This document shows positions 36,225 through 46,794 of a stretch of DNA of 64,000 nucleotides, piece by piece. This DNA is from an uncultured Lentisphaeria bacterium (GTDB lineage Bacteria; Verrucomicrobiota; Lentisphaeria; Victivallales; UBA1829). Numbering within the stretch: the stretch's first letter is position 1; every line of letters begins with the position of its first letter. The DNA lies in contig CASDPB010000053.1 in the NCBI GenBank assembly GCA_949282305.1, positions 16,710 to 80,709 on the forward strand, written 5' to 3'. The translations under genes were made by a program, and so were the position numbers. The notes under the pieces are model-generated. The model saw only the letters and a program-made list of their open reading frames with translations. It was not told where the DNA came from and made no database searches.

Positions 36225-38270
36225 TTAATCCTTGCTAAGAATATCTGAGCAGATGTTTTTGCCACGGAAAATATAACTTCCCGTATTACTGTTGACCGTT
36301 TTCCCGGTCAGGGAATGGAAACCCGGCGGCAAGGTGATTTCTGCTTCCGCTATGCCGGGACCGATACCGCAGATCAATACCCGCTGTGCTCCGTGCCCGT
36401 CATCAAATCGTGCGGCGTAAACCTCCCCGGAAATCGTTTTTACCGGTAACTGTTCAGGTGGAATATCAGACAGTATGAATGGTTCCAGTTTACGTAGATT
36501 TCGGGCGATGCGACAAACTTGCGGCCAGCGTTTTTTGAATTGATTCGGATCTGGACCTTGGAGCAGATCAAAGTAGGAATACATGATGAAGCCTTTGGAA
36601 CCGAAAATTGCTTCCAGCAAACACATAGACATGATTTCTTCTTCTGTTGGATAGCGAAATTCGGTCAGATAGACTTTCAGGTTGTTGACTGCTGTCGGAC
36701 GGTAATTGCCGACATTGAAGATTTGCGGGACGGTCCAGAGCGGCATTCCGTTATGAGAATTGCACAATACACGCCGGGCACTTTTCATAAAACGCAATAC
36801 TTCTGACATATTTTGGATATCAGCGCGAGCAATTGGGTAGGGGTCAATTCCGAGAATATCGTAACCGGAAGCATAATATTGCAGATTTTCTTCCTGGAAG
36901 AGTACAGAAAGAGTCGGATGTCCGGGGTCCAGACGATTGACCAGACGGCGCCGTTCCAGCAGGGCTTTAATCCGATTCGTATGAAGTTCATCACATATAT
37001 ACCAAGCCAATAGTGCCGGATGACTTTTCCAGCGTTCAACGATTGCCTGTATGATTCGGTCTGCCCCCTCGTATCCTTGCCATTTCAGCCATTTGGAATC
37101 GTAGGGTTCAAAAGGGTAGACCTGAGTAAATGAGAAGATCAGTTTCAGCCTGTTTTCCGCCAAGCAATCCATTACGGCATCAATCGCTTCCAGACCGTTT
37201 TTACCGGGATACTTCAGTTCCATGCTGTTGTAGGATAGTACACAGTTGAAACCGCCATTGGCAATCATTTTTATCTCTGTCGGACTCATCTGCCCCGTAT
37301 AAAGTCCTATAGGCATGAACGGTTTCCCGTTTACGATAGTACGTCCGAGCTCATCTATTGAAACTCTATTCGCCTGTTTTCCTGCAATAATTTGCAGAGG
37401 AATATTTTTTTCAGCCAGAATATAACAGTTTGCTGTATCAAGCAGCTTCATATGCAATTCCATTGTTCCTTTCGGCAACTTGCCGGGATGAATTAAAATC
37501 CGATTGTTATTTATTGGTGAAATCGTATGGAATAATGAATTGCCGTCTTTTCGGATATCCACCCATGCCTGATATATGGGGGATCGCCGCTGTTTATAAT
37601 CGAATATTCCCACGACGAAAGAAGATAGTTCAAGTGTTGCAGTATTGTCACAGTCAATTATTTCCTGTATCGGCATGATTAATCCGGTATACCAGTTACC
37701 CCCGTTTTCTTCATATAGAAAGGCATCATCAAATATTGCGGTTCCGGTCGTTCCGGGTCGTAGATAAAGTGCAATGGAATAATAATAGTCCGGATTCGCA
37801 ACAAAAGTTTGTTCCAGTTTGGTCCAGTCGGAGTTCCCCCGCAGGTTCTTCAGATAATAGCCACTCACATATTTTCCTGTTTTACGATCGCTCCATTCAA
37901 GACAGACACTTGCGCCTTCTCCTTGGACTGTATGTGTTTTTACCCACATGCCGAAGCGGTATTTGACGCCGGGCTTCAAATTGCGAAGTGGAATTCCCGG
38001 TAGAATATATGAGTCCGGAGCAGTTCGCCGATAGAGCAGAGCATTGGTGTAACTTCTGCCGATTCCTTTTTCAACGCTGATCCCGTGTTTACCGATGTTT
38101 TGCCAACCATGTTCTCCTTTTTCAAAATCTCCGTTTGGAAACAGATTGATTCGTTCTTTCAACTGACTGGAAGATAATCTCTTATAATTCTCCAATGTAA
38201 TTTCTTCCGCAGTCGTGTTCAGGATGGATAACAGAGTAGCCAGAATTATCATGTAAGTGGAAGTTTGCAT
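36225..38270 (-). CDS. Secreted CBM4/9-like plus TIM-barrel glycoside-hydrolase-like protein (family unknown)
   Basis: 681 aa with low G+C. Hydrophobic N-terminal signal [25 protein letters not shown]-like module (NGDFEKGEHGWQNIG...AIFDDAFLYEE). A TIM-barrel-like region (GFNCVLSYNS, LAWYICDELH, ILGIDPYPI). Its start overlaps the upstream stop by 1 nt (TAATG). Confidence 0.55.
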   Translation of the reverse strand: MQTSTYMIILATLLSILNTTAEEITLENYKRLSSSQLKERINLFPNGDFEKGEHGWQNIGKHGISVEKGIGRSYTNALLYRRTAPDSYILPGIPLRNLKPGVKYRFGMWVKTHTVQGEGASVCLEWSDRKTGKYVSGYYLKNLRGNSDWTKLEQTFVANPDYYYSIALYLRPGTTGTAIFDDAFLYEENGGNWYTGLIMPIQEIIDCDNTATLELSSFVVGIFDYKQRRSPIYQAWVDIRKDGNSLFHTISPINNNRILIHPGKLPKGTMELHMKLLDTANCYILAEKNIPLQIIAGKQANRVSIDELGRTIVNGKPFMPIGLYTGQMSPTEIKMIANGGFNCVLSYNSMELKYPGKNGLEAIDAVMDCLAENRLKLIFSFTQVYPFEPYDSKWLKWQGYEGADRIIQAIVERWKSHPALLAWYICDELHTNRIKALLERRRLVNRLDPGHPTLSVLFQEENLQYYASGYDILGIDPYPIARADIQNMSEVLRFMKSARRVLCNSHNGMPLWTVPQIFNVGNYRPTAVNNLKVYLTEFRYPTEEEIMSMCLLEAIFGSKGFIMYSYFDLLQGPDPNQFKKRWPQVCRIARNLRKLEPFILSDIPPEQLPVKTISGEVYAARFDDGHGAQRVLICGIGPGIAEAEITLPPGFHSLTGKTVNSNTGSYIFRGKNICSDILSKD

Positions 38271-39013
38271 TAGAAGTACATCCTTATTCCGTTTTCACTC
38301 CAAAATATGAATGGTTTGGTTAAATCAAATTCCCGTCCTATTGGGGATAGTTCTATGCCATGTCTGGATTCCACATGCAAATCTCCGTACGTAGCATTGA
38401 CACTTTGCGAGTGGCGTGCATGCATTGCCGCCGAAGTGTCTAATGAAGTTTTCTGTGCGCGAAACCACCAATTCTGTAACTGATTGGCGTTCCTAGTGTC
38501 AGCGAAAATTATTTGCCTGGTCGGATTCAGCAGTTTGTTTATCGCAATATTGCAGGTGGTAGTATCATTTGCCGCAGTGTGTCCTCCTCCTCTGTAATAA
38601 AGAAAGGTATTCAGACCGTAGCCACATGGTTCAGTTCCATTCAAGGTTGATTCCTGGGTGTAATAAGGCGGATAGGTCGGGCAGGCAAATAGTTTATATG
38701 CGCCTGATCTCAGATAATCGTCATTGTCGTCAGCTTTAGATACTGAACCATAATAACCGTTTCTGATTAACAGATTATACCAGAATGAATTACTGTCTTT
38801 ATATATATATTTACCGGCAAACGTGACATCGTTATTATCATTGAGATACATTCCGGTTATTGTTCCGATTTGTTTCAGGTTGCTGACACATTTGATGCTC
38901 ATAGCCTTTGCCTTGGCTTTGTTTAATGACGGCAATAGCAAAGCAGCTAAAATGGCGATGATCGCAATTACGACAAGCAGTTCTATCAATGTGAAATTTT
39001 TCCGTTTCCCCAT
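38270..39013 (-). CDS. Prepilin-type N-terminal domain protein (DUF1559 / H-X9-DG-like pseudopilin paralog), copy 3, divergent
   Basis: 247 aa with very low G+C. It starts [50 protein letters not shown]. The C-terminal motif is a variant, [18 protein letters not shown] (GDLH instead of DGH). Confidence 0.85.
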   Translation of the reverse strand: MGKRKNFTLIELLVVIAIIAILAALLLPSLNKAKAKAMSIKCVSNLKQIGTITGMYLNDNNDVTFAGKYIYKDSNSFWYNLLIRNGYYGSVSKADDNDDYLRSGAYKLFACPTYPPYYTQESTLNGTEPCGYGLNTFLYYRGGGHTAANDTTTCNIAINKLLNPTRQIIFADTRNANQLQNWWFRAQKTSLDTSAAMHARHSQSVNATYGDLHVESRHGIELSPIGREFDLTKPFIFWSENGIRMYF

Positions 39014-39063
39014 TCAGCAGTCCTCCGTTTTTGTTGAATTTTATTTTTCCTGATTTGCTGTTT

Positions 39064-40152
39064 TCAAATTTCGTCACAAGTCTGCGGCGCTTCCTTCAGT
39101 TCCGCTACGGATTCACCTTCCCTGATAGTCAGGCCGATATAATCAATCGAATTCATTTCCGGATCGTTCCTGCGGCGTTCAAAAAGATTCCATGCCAGCT
39201 CCATGATCTTTGCCGTGGAGTTCACGACTGAAGTCGGCTTCGGGTGCAGATCATCCCGTTCCAGACCGTCCGAGGAGATGAGGGATATGTCCCTGCCGAT
39301 TGTCAGCCGCCGCTGTTTCATATACTCATAGACATTCTTCAGGAACCAGTCGCTTACCACCAGAGCCGTCGGTTTCGGGGAAGAGGCAAACATGGCGTCC
39401 AGACGCTCGCAGAGCTGTTCCCGTTTCTGGGAGTAGTGTATGACCCACTCCGGACGGACCGTTAAACCGTTTTCGCTCATGAAGCGGTAGAAGGCTTCAC
39501 GGCGCAGCAGGTCTGTGAGGCTGGCAAAGCCCAGATCCACCGTATGGATGAACCCGATCCTGCGGTGTCCGTGCCGGAACAGATACTGCAGCTGCATTTC
39601 GACCAGCTCCGGCGCATCAATGACTGCCGGTCCCGTATTCGGATAATACCGCGGCAGCACTACCGCATAGTTGATTCCGTGATGATCGAAAATTTTCTGT
39701 ATGTCATTGTGATGGGGCATCATCAGCAGGGCGTTCCTGATATTGTATTTGGTTATGATCTCCTCATATTCTGATATCGGCGCATACCAGCTGATCCGGT
39801 GAAAGCGCGGAGTGAGCTGATGCCGGGCGGCACCGGCAAGAAAATGGTTGATGAGCTCCATCGCAAAATTGTCCGTCTCGACGTAGCTGATTTCGGAACA
39901 GGCGACCAGGTCGATGATATGAAGGCTTTCTTCATGAATCCTTTCCGTCAGGTAAATGCCGGAGCGGGCACGGGTTTCCAGAACTTTGTCGTGCTTCAGC
40001 TTGCGGATGGCGTTTTCCAGCACATTGCGTCCCAGCTGAGATTCCTGCTGCATCCGGCGGAGCGGCGGCAATGCTTCTCCGGCGTTTAAATTCACCAGAC
40101 ATTGCCGTATATACTCTTCCGCCTGTCGATTCTTTATGTCTCTGATGCTCAT
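39064..40152 (-). CDS. Transcriptional regulator: GntR-type winged HTH fused to a LacI/PBP1-type sugar-binding domain
   Basis: 362 aa. The N-terminus (LPPLRRMQQESQLGRNVLENAIRKLKHDKVLETRARSGIYLTE) is GntR-like. The C-terminal part resembles the LacI effector domain (ALVVSDWF..., IGRDISLISSDG). Confidence 0.7.
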   Translation of the reverse strand: MSIRDIKNRQAEEYIRQCLVNLNAGEALPPLRRMQQESQLGRNVLENAIRKLKHDKVLETRARSGIYLTERIHEESLHIIDLVACSEISYVETDNFAMELINHFLAGAARHQLTPRFHRISWYAPISEYEEIITKYNIRNALLMMPHHNDIQKIFDHHGINYAVVLPRYYPNTGPAVIDAPELVEMQLQYLFRHGHRRIGFIHTVDLGFASLTDLLRREAFYRFMSENGLTVRPEWVIHYSQKREQLCERLDAMFASSPKPTALVVSDWFLKNVYEYMKQRRLTIGRDISLISSDGLERDDLHPKPTSVVNSTAKIMELAWNLFERRRNDPEMNSIDYIGLTIREGESVAELKEAPQTCDEI

Positions 40153-40531
40153 TGGATTCCCCCTTTTGCTGATTTATATTATAAACAATAACAGCGCAAT
40201 GTCAATAGGAAAACAGCAAAAAAACGGAAAAATATTCTTAAATTGTGCTGTTTTATTATAATCTGTGTTGAATTTTGATGAAAGCGGCAATTTGTCCGGA
40301 ACAGAAGGACCGGGGATGTGCTGTTTTTCAAGCAGGGAGGCGCGGAGATCCGGGAAATCTCAGGGAACACCGTCATGCGGAAATATCATACCGCATTCCT
40401 CCCGGAAGCGCTGCTGATGCTTCCGGACGTTTCCCGCCGGTCTTTCCGCAAGAGCCATGAACCGGAACCCCTTCTCAACCTGAGAAAGCAGGGGAACGGG
40501 CAGACTCGAAGACATTCCGGAGAAGACACAG

Positions 40532-40576
40532 AAAAAAAGAGAAGACTGCGGCGGCGATGCCGCATTCTGTCTTCTC
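40532..40576 (-). terminator. Rho-independent terminator downstream of folP
   Basis: The minus strand reads GAGAAGAC...GTCTTCTC (8-bp outer stem, inner stem GCGGC/GCCGC) followed by T7. It lies about 50 nt after the folP stop. Confidence 0.65.
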
Positions 40577-40588
40577 CGTCCTATTGAA

Positions 40589-40600
40589 AGCCTGATGCCG
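40589..40600 (+). repeat. Right copy of the 12-bp direct repeat AGCCTGATGCCG
   Basis: An exact 12-mer is also present at 35187-35198. This copy lies 27 nt beyond the folP stop codon. Confidence 0.6.
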
Positions 40601-40626
40601 GAATCCAGTTCGCAGTTTTGATTCCC

Positions 40627-41427
40627 TTATTTACTGCTGCATTGCGCAAAAGCGGTCATTGCCTCCCGCGCCATCGGAACATTGTGGACACGCACAAATT
40701 CAATCCGTTGAGCAGTCAGGGCGGCGAGGACTCCGGCAGTGGCGTAATCGCGCTCCGCCGGTTTCCTGCCTTCGCAGATCTGCGCCAGGAAGGATTTGCG
40801 GGAGGGCGCATAGAACAGAGGCGCTTCAACTCTCTCTCTCAGCTTTGAAGCCCCTCTGACAAGTTCAAAGTTCTGCTCCTGCGTTTTGGCGAATCCCAGA
40901 CCGGGGTCCAGCAGGATTGAATCAGGGTGGATTCCTGCCGCGACCGCACTTTCAAAGGCTTCCTGAAGACGGGACGCCACTTCGGAACAGACGTCGTCGT
41001 AAATAAGATTTTCCGGATTCTGCATTGTCTGCGGCGTTCCGCGCATGTGCATCAGGATGACCGCCGCGTCGCGGGATGCGACGACGGAAGCCATATCCGG
41101 ATCGAAAGTCATTGCGCTGATGTCGTTGATGATTTCCGCACCGGCGTCCAGAGCCGCCGCCGCCACCGCTGCTTTGCGGGTATCCACACTGACAACCGCT
41201 TCCGGGCGTTTCTCCTTCAAGGTGCGGATCACAGGAATGATCCGCGCAATTTCCAGAGGAACGGGCACTTCTTCGGCGCCCGGCCGCGTGGATTCCGCGC
41301 CGATGTCAATGGCGCAGGCTCCGGCATCCAGCATTTCAAGAGCGCCTTTCAGCGCCTGTTCCATATGGATGAAACGCCCGCCGTCGCTGAAGGAATCCGG
41401 AGTCACATTCAGGATTCCAAAAATCAT
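40627..41427 (-). CDS. folP: Dihydropteroate synthase
   Basis: The start is set at ATG 41427 (MIFGILNVTPDSFSDGG, the canonical DHPS N-terminus). The longer ORF-track start at 41514 would overlap gyrA. Confidence 0.9.
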   Translation of the reverse strand: MIFGILNVTPDSFSDGGRFIHMEQALKGALEMLDAGACAIDIGAESTRPGAEEVPVPLEIARIIPVIRTLKEKRPEAVVSVDTRKAAVAAAALDAGAEIINDISAMTFDPDMASVVASRDAAVILMHMRGTPQTMQNPENLIYDDVCSEVASRLQEAFESAVAAGIHPDSILLDPGLGFAKTQEQNFELVRGASKLRERVEAPLFYAPSRKSFLAQICEGRKPAERDYATAGVLAALTAQRIEFVRVHNVPMAREAMTAFAQCSSK

Positions 41428-41461
41428 CGGTATCCGCGCGGCTCCGTAATCCAGCGAACGG

Positions 41462-44230
41462 TTATTCCTCAGTCTTAGTCTCGTCTGTTTCATTCGGAGC
41501 ATCCGTATCTGCATTTTCGTTCAACTCTTCCGGGGGAACTTCCATTTCTTCAAAATCGTCGTCCTTTCTGCCGAATGGAATCTGATCGACTCCCGCGGCG
41601 ACCATGACGTTCTCTTCGTTTTCCGCAGCCGGGCTTTCGCTTGCTTCGACTTCCACGACGATTGTGGCGCCCGTGACTTTGTCGCCTTTGCGGAGATCCA
41701 TGATACGCACGCCCATGGAGGCGCGTCCGACAATGCGGATTTCATCTACGGGAATCCGGGAAACCTGTCCGCGCTCGGTTGTCAGGATGAGTTCATCGCC
41801 ATGCTTGACGCGGAGGGCGGCGATCACGACTTCGCCTGGACGGAGATTCAGATTCTTGACGCCCTTTGCTCCACGTCTGGTCAGACGATAAGTATCGACA
41901 TAACTGCGTTTGCCCATGCCTCCGCTCGTCACGACCAGAAGCTGCGGTCTTCCGTCGTCCGCGATTTCCTCCTCCTCTGCGTTTTCCGTCTCTCCGGCAC
42001 TTTCCGCGGCTTCCTCTTCCGGTGTCTCCGCTGGTTCCTCCGTTTCGACGTTTTCGGCTGTTTCATCGACTTCCGGCAATTCGCTGACTGCGCCGGACGC
42101 GGGAACAACCTCCATGCTGACGATCTCGTCGTCCGCGAGTTTGAAACGGATTCCCGTCACGCCGCGTGTGGCACGTCCCATCGTGCGGACGTCGGTTTCC
42201 ACAAACCGGCACGCCATTCCCTTTGCCGTGGAGAGGATGACTTCACTGGCGCCGTCCGCGATTTCTGCCCCGATCAGGTCGTCGCCTTCCTCGATGACGA
42301 TTGCGCGCAGTCCGATGTTTCTCAAATGTCTGAACTCCTTGAGTGCGGTTTTCTTGATGATGCCGCGCTTCGTCGCCATGACAATGGAGAGATTTTCCTG
42401 CTCGAACATCTCTTTTTTGAGTGTCAGCATTGCGCGGATCTGTTCACCGGGCTCGATTTTGATCAGATTGACGATTGCCTTGCCCTTGCCGGTTCTTGCG
42501 CCTTCGGGGATGTCGTAAACATTCAGCCAGTACATGAATCCGCGGTCCGTGAAGAAGAAGATCAGGTCATGGCTGTCCGCGTTGAACAGATGCTCGACGT
42601 GATCTTCGTCCTTCGTCTCCATGCCGATGATGCCGACGCCGCCGCGGTGCTGCGTGCGGTAGGTGTCTGCGGGAACGCGCTTGATATAGCCGGTATTGGA
42701 AACGGTGATGACGCAGGAATGGCGCGGAATCAGGTCTGCATAGTTGATGTCGCCTTCGTCGTAGGTGATTTCAGTCCGTCGCGGTTCGGCATATCTGTTC
42801 TTGACGTCGACGAGCTCGTCCTTGATGACGCCGAGGCGCAGTTCACGGCTTGCCAGAAGACTGCGGAGGTATTCGATGAGCTTCATCAATTCGTCGTATT
42901 CCTTCTGGAGATCCTCAATCGCCAGTCCGGTCAGCTGATGCAGTCTCATATCGAGGATTGCCGTCACCTGGATTTTGGAAAGTCCGAAGCGTGCCATCAG
43001 GGCGGCTCCGGCTTCTTCTCTGGTGCGGGACTCGCGGATGATTTTCACGACCTCGTCAATGTTCTGCACCGCGATCAGCAAACCGCTTACGATGTGGGCG
43101 CGCGCTTCCGCTTTGTTCAGTTCAAACTGAGTCCTGCGCGTCACGACCTCCAGGCGGTGATCCACGAATGCCTGAAGAATCTGCGCCAGATTCATCGTGC
43201 GCGGGCGGTTGTGATCGACGACCAGAAGCTGGCAGCCGAGGATGCTCTCCATCTGCGTATGCGCGTAAAGCTGGTTCAGGACGACGGATGCCATTGCGCC
43301 GCGTTTGATCTCTATTACGATTCTGATGCCGGTGCGCAGACTTGTCTCGTCGCGCAGGTCGGAAATGCCGGTGATTTTCTTGTCCTTGACCAGATCGGCA
43401 ATCTTCTTGACCATCAGTTCCTTGTTGACGGCGTAGGGAATCTCCTTTACGATGATGACTTCCTTGCCGTTCTGCTCCACGATCTCCGCTTTGGCGCGGA
43501 CTTTGATTACTCCGTGTCCTGTCTCATAGAGACTGCGGATCGGATCGAGACCGCAGATGATCGCACCGGTCGGGAAGTCGGGGCCCGGCAGGAATTTCAT
43601 CAGGTCGCGCACCGGAGCGGAAGGATTTTCCAGCAGGTGAATGGTGGCGTCGATCACTTCTCCCAGGTTGTGCGGCGGAATGTTGGTCGCCATGCCGACG
43701 CCGATGCCTACGCTGCCGTTCACCAGCAGGTTCGGGAATTTTGCAGGCAGAACTTCCGGTTCCGTGGTGTTCTCGTCGAATGTCGGGATCATGTTGACGG
43801 TGTCTTTGTCAATGTCGCTCAGAAGCTCTTCCGTGAAACGCTCCATGCGGCACTCCGTGTAACGGTATGCCGCGGGCGGGTCTCCGTCGATGCTTCCGAA
43901 ATTTCCCTGACCGTCGATCAGCGGCATGCGCATGGAGAAGTCCTGCGCCATGCGGACCAGCGTATCGTAAACCGAAGCGTCGCCGTGGGGATGATACTTT
44001 CCGATCACTTCACCGACCACGCGCGCGCTTTTCATGTGGGGACGCGATTTCACAAGGCCGAGCTGGCGCATCGCATACAGGATTCTGCGGTTGCAGGGCT
44101 TGAGCCCGTCGCGGACGTCAGGTATGGCGCGCCCTACGTTCACGCTCAAAGAATACTGCAGATACGCAGTGTGCATGATGTCTTCGATATTTACAGGAAA
44201 ATCCCGTTTTTCGATTGCGTTGTCACTCAT
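41462..44230 (-). CDS. gyrA: DNA gyrase subunit A
   Basis: 922 aa. Contains [21 protein letters not shown], the [15 protein letters not shown] and the active-site AAYRYTE. The C-terminal beta-pinwheel repeats carry an internal acidic insert (aa 711-761) and an acidic tail. Confidence 0.97.
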   Translation of the reverse strand: MSDNAIEKRDFPVNIEDIMHTAYLQYSLSVNVGRAIPDVRDGLKPCNRRILYAMRQLGLVKSRPHMKSARVVGEVIGKYHPHGDASVYDTLVRMAQDFSMRMPLIDGQGNFGSIDGDPPAAYRYTECRMERFTEELLSDIDKDTVNMIPTFDENTTEPEVLPAKFPNLLVNGSVGIGVGMATNIPPHNLGEVIDATIHLLENPSAPVRDLMKFLPGPDFPTGAIICGLDPIRSLYETGHGVIKVRAKAEIVEQNGKEVIIVKEIPYAVNKELMVKKIADLVKDKKITGISDLRDETSLRTGIRIVIEIKRGAMASVVLNQLYAHTQMESILGCQLLVVDHNRPRTMNLAQILQAFVDHRLEVVTRRTQFELNKAEARAHIVSGLLIAVQNIDEVVKIIRESRTREEAGAALMARFGLSKIQVTAILDMRLHQLTGLAIEDLQKEYDELMKLIEYLRSLLASRELRLGVIKDELVDVKNRYAEPRRTEITYDEGDINYADLIPRHSCVITVSNTGYIKRVPADTYRTQHRGGVGIIGMETKDEDHVEHLFNADSHDLIFFFTDRGFMYWLNVYDIPEGARTGKGKAIVNLIKIEPGEQIRAMLTLKKEMFEQENLSIVMATKRGIIKKTALKEFRHLRNIGLRAIVIEEGDDLIGAEIADGASEVILSTAKGMACRFVETDVRTMGRATRGVTGIRFKLADDEIVSMEVVPASGAVSELPEVDETAENVETEEPAETPEEEAAESAGETENAEEEEIADDGRPQLLVVTSGGMGKRSYVDTYRLTRRGAKGVKNLNLRPGEVVIAALRVKHGDELILTTERGQVSRIPVDEIRIVGRASMGVRIMDLRKGDKVTGATIVVEVEASESPAAENEENVMVAAGVDQIPFGRKDDDFEEMEVPPEELNENADTDAPNETDETKTEE

Positions 44231-44389
44231 CTTTCGTTCCCTTAATATAATTAAACTGCTGTTTTATTTTCAAACTGTAAATATGCCGGAATCTGCCGGC
44301 GGAAACTGTAATATACACCGGATATGCGCCAACTCAAGGGCGCGCACGCGTACGCGTGAGGAAAATCTCCGAAAAGTTTGCCGGATGAA

Positions 44390-46720
44390 TCAATGCGGTC
44401 CGAACGATGCGCCGATATTGAAGTGGAAACGCAGAGAGTTGGAAACGCCGTCCTGCTTGTTGATGATCGGGAACGCGAGATCCAGACGGATCGGGGCGTT
44501 GATGTTCGGCAGCTTGATGCGCAATCCGTAACCGATGCCCATGTTGACCGTCCTGAACTGAAAACGTTCCGGGCCGGCGTCGCCAATATCCACGAAGAAG
44601 GCGCCGCGCACAATACTGTAAATCGGGTGGGAGAGCTCGGCGGTCAGCATATACATGGTCTGTCCGCCGTAGTTGTCGTTGTTGCCGTCTTCCGGTCCGA
44701 TGCCGCGGTAGGGGAAGCCTCGGACGGAGTCGCCGCCGCCCATGAAATACCGTTCAAACAGAGGCACCATTCCCCCTTCGCCGATATTGGAAATGAAGCC
44801 GACTTTACCGCCGGCGCTGAATACGAACCAGTCATTGAAAAACGAATAGTGATATGTGCCTTTGGCTTCCAGTCTGGCATAGTCGTTGGTTGCACCGAAT
44901 GCCTGGGAGGTGACGGATGCGTAGCCGCCGATGCTGTAACCGCGTGTGGGATCGGTGGCGCTGTTGCGTGTGTCACGCTCGATGGAGAGGTGCAGACGGC
45001 CGACCAGTTCGTTGCCTTTCCATTTCTGGAATTTTTCGGAAAGTTTATGCGCCATCTCATGAATCCGGACCTGCTCGAACGTATAGCCGATGGAGGCGGT
45101 CGTGAAGTCGTCAAACACACGTTTGGTCAGAGAGGTGGAGAACCCGATCCTGCGTTCGGACCAGTCGTCGTAATCAATATTCCGGACATAACCGGAAACG
45201 TCCCATCTCAGCGGTATGCCGAAAAGCCAGGGCTCCGTGAAGTCAAGTTCAAAATTGTAACGCTCCAGACCCATCACCGCCAGAAGCCGCATGCGCTGCC
45301 CGCCTCCGGTGAAATAGTTCCACGGGTCAAGAATGTCCATATTGCTGTGCGTGATCTCAAGCATGCCGGACAGATTGTCCGTATCCGACCACGATCCGCC
45401 GATCTTTGCATCGATGAAGCGCTTTTCCTTGACTGCAATATCAATGTCTTTCGTATCGGGTGCACCCATTTCAGAGCTTTTGGCGACCGCATCCACTTTT
45501 TCAAAGTATCCCATGCCCATCAGACGGCTTTTGGCGACCTTGACCATATTCTTGTCCACGGGATCTCCGGGAATCATCGGAAGTTCACGGCGGATGACAT
45601 GATCCTTCGTATACTTGTTGCCGGAAATCAGGATGTCATGGATCTTGTAAAGCGGTCCTTCGCTGAGCTTGTAGGCGAGGTCGACCGTATGCGTCTTATA
45701 GTTGGGAATGCGGATCGGGCGAACCAGAAAATCGGCATATCCGAGGCGGCTGTATTTGCTGTCCAGCGCCTCCGCTCCCTCGTTTTCCAGAGTGCTGGAG
45801 AATGTCATGCCCGGTTTCAGAGGGATCAGCTCCACAAGCTCCTCCGGCTTGAAGCGCTGAGCGCCGTCGACATAGACTTTGCCGACTTTGTAAGGCTCGC
45901 CTTCCTCCACCGTGAAAGTCACATCGACAATTTCGGGATCTTTCGGATCTTCCACCACCTTGACGTCTTTCACCTTGAAGTCAAGATACCCCTTCTGCCA
46001 GTAAAGTTCGCGCAGACGCACCGGATCGCGCCCGAGCTCCTCCCGGTTGAGCAGTCCGTAATCCAGAATCCAGCTGAACCACGGATGGCTCAGAAATGAA
46101 TGGCGGGTTGCAATCGCGTCGCGGAGCTCGTCCGCCTGGTATGCTTTAGCGCCGATGAAGTTCACCTTGCCGACGCGCAGGCGCAGATTTTCCTTGATGT
46201 TGAAAACGATCTTGATGTGGTTTTCATCAATTTTTTCGATCTTCGGAATGATGATCGCATCATTCAGACCTTTGGAAAGATAAAATTTGCGCAGTGCGTC
46301 GGCGCTGTTCCGGAGCGCCATGTCATTCAGCGGAACTCCTTCGACAACCGTCACTTCCTCGCGCAGCTTCTTCGTGTCGTACTTCTTGTTCCCCATGAAT
46401 GCAATTTCGCGCACCACGGGTTTCGGGGTGATCTTGAATATGATCTCAATCTTGCCGTCCGGAGTCTTTCTTGTTTCGGACGCGACATCCGAAAACATTC
46501 CCATGGCATGCAGACGCTTGATGTCGTCATTGACAGTACGTTCACTGTACATGCCGCCTTTGCGGCTTTGCACATTGTAGCGGAGCACATCTTCCCCGAA
46601 TTTGTAATCGGATCCCTGATCAAAGGAAACAGAAGCAATTTCCTGCGCCTGAATCGTATAGTACGTATAGGGCGCGCCCAGGATCATGCCTGCCGCTAAA
46701 AATACTGTCGTTCTATTCAT
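44390..46720 (-). CDS. bamA: Outer membrane protein assembly factor BamA (Omp85 family)
   Basis: 776 aa. It has a signal sequence, repeated POTRA-like modules (VREIAFMGNKKY..., VGKVNFIGAKAY..., VGKVYVDGAQRF...) and a C-terminal beta-barrel ending ...LRFHFNIGASFGPH. Confidence 0.9.
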   Translation of the reverse strand: MNRTTVFLAAGMILGAPYTYYTIQAQEIASVSFDQGSDYKFGEDVLRYNVQSRKGGMYSERTVNDDIKRLHAMGMFSDVASETRKTPDGKIEIIFKITPKPVVREIAFMGNKKYDTKKLREEVTVVEGVPLNDMALRNSADALRKFYLSKGLNDAIIIPKIEKIDENHIKIVFNIKENLRLRVGKVNFIGAKAYQADELRDAIATRHSFLSHPWFSWILDYGLLNREELGRDPVRLRELYWQKGYLDFKVKDVKVVEDPKDPEIVDVTFTVEEGEPYKVGKVYVDGAQRFKPEELVELIPLKPGMTFSSTLENEGAEALDSKYSRLGYADFLVRPIRIPNYKTHTVDLAYKLSEGPLYKIHDILISGNKYTKDHVIRRELPMIPGDPVDKNMVKVAKSRLMGMGYFEKVDAVAKSSEMGAPDTKDIDIAVKEKRFIDAKIGGSWSDTDNLSGMLEITHSNMDILDPWNYFTGGGQRMRLLAVMGLERYNFELDFTEPWLFGIPLRWDVSGYVRNIDYDDWSERRIGFSTSLTKRVFDDFTTASIGYTFEQVRIHEMAHKLSEKFQKWKGNELVGRLHLSIERDTRNSATDPTRGYSIGGYASVTSQAFGATNDYARLEAKGTYHYSFFNDWFVFSAGGKVGFISNIGEGGMVPLFERYFMGGGDSVRGFPYRGIGPEDGNNDNYGGQTMYMLTAELSHPIYSIVRGAFFVDIGDAGPERFQFRTVNMGIGYGLRIKLPNINAPIRLDLAFPIINKQDGVSNSLRFHFNIGASFGPH

Positions 46721-46794
46721 TCAAATCAATTTCCCATATAAGTCAAATTAAACATGCAGGCAACTATAACCCGCATTCCGCCAAATTGCAAATA

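Noticed and set aside
40318-40587. 89-aa plus-strand ORF in the regulator/folP intergenic region
   Set aside because: It has no RBS. Its composition is Arg-rich and non-protein-like, and it overlaps the folP terminator. It is probably non-coding.
44345-44358. Perfect 14-bp palindrome CACGCGTACGCGTG between bamA and gyrA
   Set aside because: It is short and occurs once. It could be an operator or simply two adjacent ACGCGT sites. There is no U-tract and no supporting context.
41801-46099. 814-aa and 573-aa plus-strand ORFs opposite gyrA and bamA
   Set aside because: gyrA and bamA are unambiguous. These are mirror ORFs produced by GC-rich codon usage.
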